Assembly (NCBI RefSeq): GCF_001194135.2
Contig: NC_068981.1
Span: 149,635,161-149,699,160, forward strand
Source of the DNA: Octopus bimaculoides
Taxonomy: Eukaryota
Length of the DNA stretch: 64,000 bases
Direction: 5' to 3'
The notes under the pieces were generated by a model that worked only from the letters and a program-made list of their open reading frames with translations, was not told the DNA's origin and did not search any database. The translations under genes and the position numbers were made by a program. Of the stretch, positions 53,346 through 64,000 are shown in pieces; position 1 is the stretch's first letter; every line of letters begins with the position of its first letter.

Positions 53346-53546
53346 TATTGGCTTCAAATTTTGGCACAAGGCCAGAAATTTCAGGGTGAACCGATTACAT
53401 TAACCCCAGTACCCGACATATTTTACTGAACCCGAAATGATGAACGGTAAAGTCTTCCTCGGCAGAATTTTAGTTCAGAACAAGACGGTCTAAATGTCAC
53501 TAGATATTTTACCTGAGGTAATAACAATAAGCCAGCTCACCGCTTT
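53346..53546 (-). mobile_element. SINE family A (tail type ii), diverged
   Basis: GGCTTCAAATTTTGGCACAAGGCC..CCCGAAATGATGAACGGTAAAGTC..GCCAGCTCACCGC. Confidence 0.75.
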
Positions 53547-54429
53547 TGTAATTACTGTAATATTACTAGCCACTGAAAGCTTCTGCGGTATATATATATA
53601 TATATATATATNNNNNNNNNNNNNNNNNNNNNNNNNNNNNNNNNNNNNNNNNNNNNNNNNNNNNNNNNNNNNNNNNNNNNNNNNNNNNNNNNNNNNNNNN
53701 NNNNNNNNNNNNNNNNNNNNNNNNNNNNNNNNNNNNNNNNNNNNNNNNNNNNNNNNNNNNNNNNNNNNNNNNNNNNNNNNNNNNNNNNNNNNNNNNNNNN
53801 NNNNNNNNNNNNNNNNNNNNNNNNNNNNNNNNNNNNNNNNNNNNNNNNNNNNNNNNNNNNNNNNNNNNNNNNNNNNNNNNNNNNNNNNNNNNNNNNNNNN
53901 NNNNNNNNNNNNNNNNNNNNNNNNNNNNNNNNNNNNNNNNNNNNNNNNNNNNNNNNNNNNNNNNNNNNNNNNNNNNNNNNNNNNNNNNNNNNNNNNNNNN
54001 NNNNNNNNNNNNNNNNNNNNNNNNNNNNNNNNNNNNNNNNNNNNNNNNNNNNNNNNNNNNNNNNNNNNNNNNNNNNNNNNNNNNNNNNNNNNNNNNNNNN
54101 NNNNNNNNNNNNNNNNNNNNNNNNNNNNNNNNNNNNNNNNNNNNNNNNNNNNNNNNNNNNNNNNNNNNNNNNNNNNNNNNNNNNNNNNNNNNNNNNNNNN
54201 NNNNNNNNNNNNNNNNNNNNNNNNNNNNNNNNNNNNNATATATATATATATATATATATAAATGAGTGGAAATCGAACCGGTGAGTGTGTTAATTAATAA
54301 GGCATTAAAACAGAATGACTCTCCCTCGACACAATGAAATAAGCTTCATCGCACGAATTCAAGTAATGTATCTTGCAAAGCAAATTTAAAAACGAATATA
54401 AATATATGTGTGTGTGTATATTTATGTGT

Positions 54430-54650
54430 GTCTTTGTGTTTGTGCTTGTAACCCCACCATCGCTTGACAACAGATGTTATTGTGTTTACTTTCCCGTAAC
54501 TTAGCGGTTCGGCAAAAGTGCATGATAGAATATGTACTAAGCTTACAAAGAAAAAGGCTTAGGGCTGATTTCTTCGACTAAAAAAGAAAAATTCAAGGTG
54601 TTGCGTTAGCATGGCCGCAGTCAAGTGACTAAGACAATTAGAAGAATATA
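54430..54650 (+). mobile_element. SINE family B 3' module
   Basis: CCACCATCGCTTGACAAC..GTAACTTAGCGGTTCGGCAAAAG..GCATGGCCGCAGTCAAG. Confidence 0.8.
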
Positions 54651-54693
54651 AGATTAAACAATATAATTATATACACAAAAGCACACAGACACA

Positions 54694-54737
<44 letters not shown>

Positions 54738-54801
54738 CGTGCGTGCGTGTGTGTGTTNNNNNNNNNNTGTGTGTGTGTGCGTGCGTGCGTGCGTGTGTGT
54801 G

Positions 54802-54844
<43 letters not shown>

Positions 54845-55900
54845 CCTGCATATGAAGTTAGGTTGTTTTATGTCGGTTGTAATATCCTTACTTTTCCTCA
54901 TTTGGTCACGTTTGCTGGGATGTTTAACTAATGCCTCCAAATGAGGCTATTGACGAGAGGTTAGTGAGACGCCAGGCTTCACAGTCAGCGGCAAGAACTG
55001 ACCATTTGAGCTGATCTATGTGATAAGCACCGAGGGATTTCTTTATAGAGTCTTTGTACCTCTTCTTTAATGCTCATCTGTCATGTTGAGTAGAGGAGGA
55101 TGTAGTGTGATCTTGGGAAGTTGATGATCCCCCATCCTGGTCACGTATTCTGCACAGCATATCTATGGCTTCAAAGCAGTTGCTTCAATTCTGGTGACCT
55201 TTGCTTGCTCTACGTCTTCGGTGTTAGTCACAAAATCACCCCAGTGGATGCTGATGATGATGCGAAAGCAGTGTGAAAGATTTGTTTAAGGAATCATACG
55301 TGTTGCTGATAGATGATCCACGACTCCGAGTCGTATAAGAGGATGGACAGAACAGCAGCTCTGTATATATTAATATTGCTCCATATATTTCGATGGAAAG
55401 GCAGAAGGAATGGATGGAGCTACCCTTGGGGCATGGAAGTCTGTTTATGCAGCACTGTAATCTAACTTCCAGAAGCTTTACGTATGCTGTTTGGGGCAGG
55501 ACAAGTTAAAGTGTTTCCATGGTGCTGTAATCATCAACCTATATATGAACAAGGGACAGAAGTTTGATCAGCCCGACTTCAGAGGGATTATCATGCTTCC
55601 CATTGTGAACAAAATCCTCGCTGGTGTACTCTTCAACAGACTAATTTTCACCACTGCAAAAGAAAACTGCCCAGAATCTGAGTGCGACTTTAGAGTAAAC
55701 GGGACACCACAGATATGGTCATTGGTTTTATACAGCTTTGAGACAAGTGCAGAGAGCAAAACAAAATACTTTACACTACCTTTGTTGACAGAGTAGGCGA
55801 CACTGTAAGCCGAAAATGTATTGACAAATTCGCAGACATCTTCGATGTCCACACCCTCAATTCTTTAAGATGATCATCCAAGGTCATATCCAATACAGCA
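54845..55900 (-). mobile_element. RTE LINE with 5' inversion
   Basis: Minus ~54845-55490: YRAAVLSILLYDSESW. Plus 55491-55900: IINLYMNKG..FRGIIML.IVNKILA.VLFNRL..PESECDFR. Confidence 0.75.
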
Positions 55901-56719
55901 ACAGCGATTTCAACCTTCCTCTATTGGTAAAAGTGTGGTTCAATTTATTTTAGAAATAATAATCAAAGTTTCCGCAAAAGCTTCCTAAACTGGTACATAA
56001 TGTCTTCCAAGATATATTATGTCTTAAAAAGAGATAAATTTGCCTTGGAAGGAATGCTTTCAAGAAAGGCAATGCCAAGCCGGAAAATTCATTCCAGAAG
56101 ATTGCCAGGGTTCCCAACTTCTGGGGGTTGTAAACTTAATATTTTATGATCTTCTACACACCTTATTCATTTTATGTTCGTGATATTACTTTTACTTTCG
56201 CATTTATCAACTTTTACTCCTATTTCCCAAGCAGAATTCGTATGTTAAACAGAAATAAGTGGATAAACATCTTCAATAATATTTTCATTGTATTTGTAAA
56301 ATATTTCTTCTCTACTTTATTTTCTGAAATCTATTTACTCATATTTCTGTATTCAATAGTTTTCAAATACAAACCGAATAAAATAAATACTTTTTCAGTT
56401 GACCCGCCGTTTAACTCCAGTAAGTTAAAACACTCTCCAGCTTAATTTCAATCATTTATTTACCTTTTGTATTATTATCTACACAAGTAAAGTTTGCTGC
56501 CTACACATACTTTCTATTTTATCGCATTTATTACCTTACAGTAAAGCTATGTATTTTTCATATATTGTCTTGTTAATATGTTGATTTCTCACTTCGATTC
56601 ATCGGTTACAAGCAATTATGGTTGCCATCTCACTGCTTTCTCTAACTGTTAATCTTGTTCAATTCTATCTTTCTGATTTATGTTGCCTCCACTTATTTCT
56701 TATAGTTTATTTTAATGTA

Positions 56720-57100
56720 CTACTACAGTCGTACAAAATAGGAGCTGGAAGATGCATATCTTCAACAGTTGATTTGGGTAAAATTTAGAGTGAAAAACGT
56801 CAGTAAAATATTGTTTGAACGATTGAAGTTGTCAGTTTTGTGGGGAGAGATGCCAGATTTTCAACAGTGTATACAAATGCAGTAAATTTCTTCCTTGTTA
56901 TTCCTGTGGAATACTATTCTGAGCGTTGAAGAATTACATGCACAATATTATGGGACAAGACCGTATGAAACATTTGGCTCCGATGTGTTTTGAAGTGGTG
57001 TATGCAAATGTTCTAAGCTACGAATTTCTCCTGGTTATCAATTATAGGAAAATTTAGTGGGACTCTTCTGCCATAAGCTTCTGTTTGAACTTCTTTGATG
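56720..57100 (+). mobile_element. possible degraded hAT transposase C-terminal remnant
   Basis: Mostly open frame with weak hAT-like spacing; several stops. Confidence 0.25.
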
Positions 57101-59016
57101 TCTCCTCAGCATCAAATATAATATTACAATCATCACTTTCCGCAATATTTTTGACGTACGACATTGTAGTTTCATAAACAATTAGTGTTATAACCGTTTG
57201 ATTTTCGGGTAAACGCTTAGGCTCTCAGCCGGCACTCTGCTCATCCTTACAGACTTTTGTCTTTACCTTTATGAATGTGTATTACTGTTATTTAATGCTG
57301 TTCTGTTTATTCTTTTCTTACTCATTTGGATATTATGTGGAATATGCAAAAGTCACCCTACGCCTGACTTCACGTTTTATGGTGTCGGCCATTTGCAAGC
57401 CACCATCACAACCAAGAAAATATAATTTTGTGTTTTTAGCTGAATGGGGAAATGCAAAAAATATTATTTGTGCATTTAGTAGCGTAATGTGATAACAATG
57501 CCTATTTATTTTTAGCAGTGATGCAATACAATTTAAGTCACTTAATATTTCAAGCAGCTGACACTTTCTCATTTTTTTAAATTGACATTTATAAACAAAT
57601 TCTTACCTCTTTGTTGTAGTTCCAGTATATATTGAATTGATCCTAAGATTCTCAAAATATTACCTTCAACATAATTGAAGGTTTTCGCCTATTCCCTAAT
57701 AAATTCTGATTAAATAAATTAACAAGATGCTATCAGAAGATGCTATCACGCTGTAACATCCATCGAAATGCAAGTAACTAGCCATTCACTGATGAAGATG
57801 CCTTTCAGGGATATTTCTAAGATAATTGCAGATTGTCAGCAGATTCAAGCCCTCATCACGCTGAGTATATCAATATTCAGAAGAATGAACATAATCAAAG
57901 CAGATTTTACCTAGACATATAAAGCCAAGACTTATTTGTAGAATTCCATGAGATAAGTGAATGGAATATTTTGATATAATTTTCAATCTGCGAATTGACA
58001 GAATCTTTAGAGCATTGGATATGATGCGCCTACACTGCTGTAGTCAACTTTGTATTTCATTCATTCGGGGTCAGTAAGAAAGCGCCACCTCAGAACTCTG
58101 GATTGGAAGAACTTGCAATAATGTCTGACTGGATACTTGCAGTATTTGGTGTATTGAGTCCAAATCTCACCATAGCCTACATGGTTGGTAGACAAAATCC
58201 GTCTGTCGGTTAAACGCCTCCACTAGGCAATTTGGGTGCATTTAGCCTAGATTGCTGTATTAAAAGCATCCAGACCAGTAATTCGGTTTGAGAAACTTTT
58301 CTGAACCCCTATTCTACCAGTGGACATGATATACAAATCGCTATGTGCATTGCTTTCCTCTTGGTGAAAGACTTTTAGAAATGAAAATCTGAATTTTGAA
58401 AGTATCGTTCTTCGTTTCGCAGAAAAAAGAAAAAATGTTGGAGAATTATCGCTGTATTGTTTGTGTTCGTAATAGATCTTGCCATCTTTTATACTTAATT
58501 CTTATGTATTTATTCCAACTTTGCAATAAGAATGCGAAGTGACTTTGAATTTGATTTATTATATTTAAAAAGAAATCAAATAGTTACATACATAAAAAAA
58601 TGTTCATCGTCTTCATAGCTTTCTGGTCTGATCAGTCAAGTTTGATCTGAAGATAACAACAACAATAACAACAATTATATCTCCAACCACAACAAATTAT
58701 CTAGTCATCGGAAATAGCCGCAGCATTAATAGTTTCATAAACACAGGCACTCCCTCTCATACTATCGATGATAAATGCTGAAGAACAACTGTCAGATTTG
58801 GACTACGTCTACTTCAGCTATCAGCGCAATTGAAATCTCTACAATTTAAAGAAGTTAAAAATAGACAACAAAAATATATGAAATCTTCCACGTGTACATC
58901 TAGTCACATTGCATTCTATAAGAAACTATTCAATGTCAGATGCGTATCTGATATATTTAGAAAAATAGATCTGTAGATTGAACTTAAGGCCGTTCCACAG
59001 TCTGACTAGGTGTGAT

Positions 59017-59041
59017 AGGTCAGCGAGGTCAGAACTGACCG
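59017..59041 (+). promoter_or_regulatory. candidate nuclear-receptor response element (AGGTCA DR3 plus inverted half-site)
   Basis: AGGTCA-GCG-AGGTCA-GAAC-TGACCG. Confidence 0.25.
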
Positions 59042-59349
59042 GTGGATGGGTAGCAACAATTTGCTTAATCACTCAAACTCTAAATTGTAAATGCTGTCTA
59101 TTCAGTATGTGACTAATCTCTAAAATGCTTTATTGCAGCGTCTCCGTGTGTGTGTGTGTGTGGGTGTGTGTGTGTGTGTGTGTGTGNNNNNNNNNNNNNN
59201 NNNNNNNNNNNNNNNNNNNNNNNNNNNNNNNNNNNNNNNNNNNNNNNNNNNNNNNNNNNNNNNNNNNNNNNNNNNNNNNNNNNNNNNNNNNNNNNNNNNN
59301 NNNNNNNNNNNNNNNNNNNNNNNNNNNNNNNNNNNNNNNNNNNNNNNNN

Positions 59350-59382
<33 letters not shown>

Positions 59383-59933
59383 CATATATGTGCATATACA
59401 TACATACATACATACATATATACATATATACATGTATATGTATATATATATATATGCATATTATATGCATACACATATATATATATGCATAGTATATGGA
59501 TATATTTACAGATACTAATATATATATAAGTTTGTAAATATATTAATATACATATGTGTGAATATATTAATATATATACATGTGTGTGAATATATATATA
59601 TATGTATATATGTACATATATATATACACATATGCACACCCGTGCACTCACACACGCACTCACACTCACAGACACAGACACAGACTCATATATGTACGTC
59701 TGCATATGAACATATATTTAGATAAATATAGATATTAATAGATGTATGCATGTGTGTGTGCGTACATATGGGTTATATTGTGCCTTAAGGTCAAGAAGTT
59801 AAACTTTTGATGGAATTAGACTTTGATTGTGTTTGCAGCAAGTTTAATGCTGACGTCATGCCTCTTTGAATGTACCAAGATTCTTCTCACTTGCTCTGTC
59901 ACTCTCTCTCTCTCTCTCTCTCTCTCCTTATTT

Positions 59934-60152
59934 CTTTATTGCCCACAAGGGGCTACCCACAGAGGGGACAAACAAGGACAGACAAAGGGATTAAGTCGAT
60001 TACATCAACTCAGTGCATAACTGGTACTTTATTTATGAACCCCGAAAGGATGAAAGGCAAAGTCGACCTCGGCAGAATTTGAACTCAGAACGTAACGGCA
60101 GACGAAATACCGCTAAGTATTTCGCCCGGCATGCTAACGATTCTGCCAGCTC
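59934..60152 (-). mobile_element. SINE family A (tail type iii)
   Basis: Low-divergence core CCCCGAAAGGATGAAAGGCAAAGTCGACCTCGGCAGAATTTGAACTC; tail GCCCACAAGGGGCTACCCACAGAGGGGACAAAC. Confidence 0.85.
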
Positions 60153-61029
60153 TCTCTCTCTCTCTCCTTACTATACGCAGATGCAAGCACTCTCATTAAT
60201 TTTTACACTCACANNNNNNNNNNNNNNNNNNNNNNNNNNNNNNNNNNNNNNNNNNNNNNNNNNNNNNNNNNNNNNNNNNNNNNNNNNNNNNNNNNNNNNN
60301 NNNNNNNNNNNNNNNNNNNNNNNNNNNNNNNNNNNNNNNNNNNNNNNNNNNNNNNNNNNNNNNNNNNNNNNNNNNNNNNNNNNNNNNNNNNNNNNNNNNN
60401 NNNNNNNNNNNNNNNNNNNNNNNNNNNNNNNNNNNNNNNNNNNNNNNNNNNNNNNNNNNNNNNNNNNNNNNNNNNNNNNNNNNNNNNNNNNNNNNNNNNN
60501 NNNNNNNNNNNNNNNNNNNNNNNNNNNNNNNNNNNNNNNNNNNNNNNNNNNNNNNNNNNNNNNNNNNNNNNNNNNNNNNNNNNNNNNNNNNNNNNNNNNN
60601 NNNNNNNNNNNNNNNNNNNNNNNNNNNNNNNNNNNNNNNNNNNNNNNNNNNNNNNNNNNNNNNNNNNNNNNNNNNNNNNNNNNNNNNNNNNNNNNNNNNN
60701 NNNNNNNNNNNNNNNNNNNNNNNNNNNNNNNNNNNNNNNNNNNNNNNNNNNNNNNNNNNNNNNNNNNNNNNNNNNNNNNNNNNNNNNNNNNNNNNNNNNN
60801 NNNNNNNNNNNATATATATATATTAAATGAAAGATAAACCAAAATGAAAATGCCACTTTTTAAAAGATTGGGTGTTTTAATTAATTTACATTACATGTTC
60901 CGTTTGTTTTGAAAAAACCTTATCAAAAATGAGTATAAAATATGTGGGAAGAGAAGAGGGCTATTAATGGAATAAAATTGAAATTAAAATTAATAACATT
61001 CATAGTTTACTGTTATTTCTTGTATGCGC

Positions 61030-61415
61030 ACGTGGTCCTTTCATTCTGGAGTTATGATAAGTTCAACTCGCTGCGATAGTAAATTACTACTAGAGACGCA
61101 AGCACATGTAGGTGGCGGACAATTGGCAACTTCAGCATCACAAAAATGTACGCAGTTATTCCGCCTTCATAATCCAAGCTTTTCTGGTCAAGAACAATAC
61201 TACTTGTTCGACAGGCTTCTTACTCTCCCGACTTGACACGGATATGGAGAGAGATCTTTAACGATAATCCCTTGAATATATATTGAACTAGTTCCTGCCA
61301 TAAATAATACTCTCATCACCAAGGGTAGAGGTGCATTCTGAACTTTTGTATCTACAGACATTCAGCGATATATGGGCCCCTAGCAGCTGCTAAAAAGTAG
61401 AAAATGACTTACAGA
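61030..61415 (+). mobile_element. Tc1/mariner transposase C-terminal remnant
   Basis: QASYSPDLTRIWREIF resembles the P.YSPDLNPIE..W motif. Confidence 0.45.
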
Positions 61416-62596
61416 TATAATGTTTAGTATGAATATAAATCACTAGTTGAAAACATTAAAATAATCCAAGTATACATTATTGCATGTTAGATATATATTT
61501 AAGTGCAAGCAAACGTATTATAAGATAGCAATTAGATAATTTTTAATGAAATGAGATCAAGGCAAAGGGAGAAAAGTGAATAAGGGTTAGTGGAAGAATT
61601 AATCTCAGTGTATGACTGTATTGACCGCATGAAATTTCACAAAGTAACAGCATCATCGCTGAAAACACAACTCCAGGTCTCGAACTCCTCGACCTTTCCA
61701 CTTGCATAATGTAACGAGAAAAAAAAAAGAACCTTCTAAAATGTGATTTGCAAAGCTAGAACTGGCAACTAAATCTCTGCCTAACTACATTAAAATGCTA
61801 TATTTAAATAAAAAGGGGTGGAAAATTGAATATTAATTTGATTAATATCAACTTAAAACCAGTGGCCTAGCATAATCTTCAGATTAAAATGTTATAGGTA
61901 AAAATTAAACCAAAGTATTATGTTCGTTTTCAGGTAAACTTGATTATATTTCTACTTATTTAAAGCTAAACAAACGTCAAAGCGCTGGTCCAGCGTTATG
62001 TGTATGTTACAGTTACTGCTCAAAACCCTACAGAATGTTCTTCTGACTCTCAGCAAGTCCGTTTTCATTTAAAATGTATACGACAAAAAATTATACGTTT
62101 TTATAACTTACCCACATTTTGATGGATTAAGTTACGTTTACACACATTTGCATAAAAAGCGTTGCAGCTCGATTCTTGTATATCAACTTCGGTATATTGT
62201 CCTAACAGATGGTACTCGCATTGACAACACTCATTATATAAGCAGTTGTTTCTTCATTCAGTTTTATGAGCTGACGATGTGCATATTAGATCGGGATTTA
62301 TTATTTCACCAATTTCAGCAATTGGTCTGCGGCAACACAGGAGGACAACCACAGAAACAGAATTCGTAAATGAGAGAAAATGATACAATTGCTTCCACAG
62401 CTGTTTCTATTAAATGTCATGCAGTCCAATGTTATGCTTTCTGTTGAGAAAATCTTGCCTAGAAAAATCTCCTAGAGTGGTACTTTTCCAACCATACCAA
62501 CTGAGAATTTTCTAATTATTTATGCCATTTTCATACTACAATGTAATTTAAATGAGACAAACATTGTTCAGTCGATACAAATACTACTTTCTTTAA

Positions 62597-62597
<1 letters not shown>

Positions 62598-62677
<80 letters not shown>

Positions 62678-62726
62678 GTTGCTGCTACTTCTACTACTAC
62701 TGTTGCTGCTACTACTGCTGCTGCTG

Positions 62727-62779
<53 letters not shown>

Positions 62780-62826
62780 GATGATGATGATGACGACGAC
62801 GACGACGACGACGACAACGACGATGA
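62598..62826. repeat. (CTA)/(CTG)/(GAT)/(GAC)n compound microsatellite
   Basis: Direct reading. Confidence 0.95.
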
Positions 62827-62899
62827 GGATAATAAATGCCCTGAAGCAGTACCAAGCAGTGGCAGTCATAGCTTTTGATCTTAACTGATTGAAAGTGTT

Positions 62900-63395
62900 A
62901 TCATGCACATTTTTTGTCTTGGTATAAAAAATGGGCTACAATAAATATTCTGCTCAAAACTACGAATCTGCTTGTTAGTTGTTTGACTGTAAGCAGTTGA
63001 GCATGTCCCTTAGTGGCTGACGCTATGTGCATCCCTGATCACGAGCAGAAGTAGTGGGGAAGCATCATACCCATGTGTTGGGAGGGATTCTTTGGAGTTT
63101 GAATAATTCACCTCTGGATACATGTTTTGTTCATCATCTTAGAAACAACCCTTATTCAGGGACCTTTTCAGCGGGAAGGGCTTCTCGATATGAAGAACAT
63201 TCCTACTGGGCCCCACCTGCAAGTTCATGTGCTGTTTAGCATGCTAAACGATCACCATGTCGCGCACATATAGTTGTGATACATGTGCCTGGTGTACCCT
63301 TATCAGTCGGGTGGTCACGATGGGTATATTGGTCTTCGTATATTTATACTCCAGCGTCACTTTGATGGCATGCGTTGCACTTTCACTCAATGCTA
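62900..63395 (+). mobile_element. 3' portion of an interspersed retroposon
   Basis: Ends CACTTTGATGGCATGC..CACTC(AAT)n; same terminal motif at ~17336-17372. Confidence 0.55.
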
Positions 63396-63399
63396 ATAA

Positions 63400-63773
63400 C
63401 AATAACGGTTTCAAATTTTACTACGAAGGCAGCAGTTTTAGAGGAGGGGATGAGTCAATTATATCGACCCCAGTGTTCAACTGCTACTTATTTTATCGAC
63501 CCCGAAAGGATGAAAGGCAAAGTCAAGGCAGTAGCTGAATTTGAACTCAAAACGTAAAGACGGACGAAATGCCACCAGGCATTTCGCCCGGGATGCTAAT
63601 GACTGTGCCAGCTCGTCTCCTCAGTAACAATCCTTTCTACTATAGACACGAGGCCTGAAATTTGGGGGAAGGGGAATGGCCGATTACGTCGCCCCCAGTG
63701 TTGAACTAGTACTTACTTCATCGACCCCGAAATGATGAAAGCCAAAGTCGACCGCGGCGGTGCCGCCGCCTCG
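63400..63773 (-). mobile_element. two head-to-tail SINE family A copies (tails ii and i)
   Basis: Core ATCGACCCCGAAA.GATGAAAG.CAAAGTC at ~63495 and ~63720. Confidence 0.85.
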
Positions 63774-63799
63774 GTAATAATAACAATAATAATAATAAT

Positions 63800-63871
63800 A
63801 ATAAGAGATTCAGCACCGGGCTGAATAAGAGATTCAGCACCGGGCTGAATAAGAGATTCAGCACCGGGCTG
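63800..63871. repeat. 3 x 24-bp perfect tandem repeat
   Basis: AATAAGAGATTCAGCACCGGGCTG x3. Confidence 0.95.
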
Positions 63872-64000
63872 AATAACAACATGGATGTGCTACACCGGGC
63901 TCCCTATACAAAAACAAATCTAATCCAATAACATCGATGAAATTAGGCAAAAGAACCGGTGGAAGATTTGAAGGAAGTGGTCTTTTAACGAAGATAATTT

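Noticed and set aside
57755-57810. CATCGAAA...CTGATGAAGATG hammerhead-like arrangement
   Set aside because: Stems I and III cannot be formed convincingly.
61030-61400. Minus-strand Cys motif CVHFCDAEVANCPPPTCAC behind TAG/TGA stops (possible editing-rescued ORF)
   Set aside because: The plus strand carries a Tc1/mariner-like YSPDL motif; three stops would need rescue; no supporting evidence.
1270-62908. Numerous ORF-track entries rich in YI/HT/CV/poly-X/poly-S/poly-D
   Set aside because: Translations of microsatellites and assembly gaps.
63800-63871. CRISPR-like palindromic repeats
   Set aside because: No spacers, eukaryotic context, no cas genes.

Overview
AT-rich, gap-ridden (about 12 N-runs, most flanked by (TA)n) eukaryotic non-genic DNA. 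The SINE families and microsatellite load look like an Octopus/cephalopod genome (inference from pattern recognition, not a search). No complete host gene can be supported; most ORF-track entries are microsatellite or gap translations. The window is dominated by decayed mobile DNA: Penelope-like elements (PLEs), RTE and R4/Dong-type LINEs, several tRNA-derived SINE families, mariner/Tc1/pogo elements and MITEs, a Chapaev3 left end and hAT remnants. The most notable signal is a set of hammerhead ribozyme (HHR) motifs read directly from the sequence. Two structurally complete type I HHRs lie on opposite strands inside a ~339-bp, ~97%-identical inverted repeat at 34.95-35.79 kb. A different HHR with a long stem II and one core mutation lies at 4.39-4.48 kb (-). 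A degenerate minimal HHR lies at the 3' end of the PLE at 23.3 kb.
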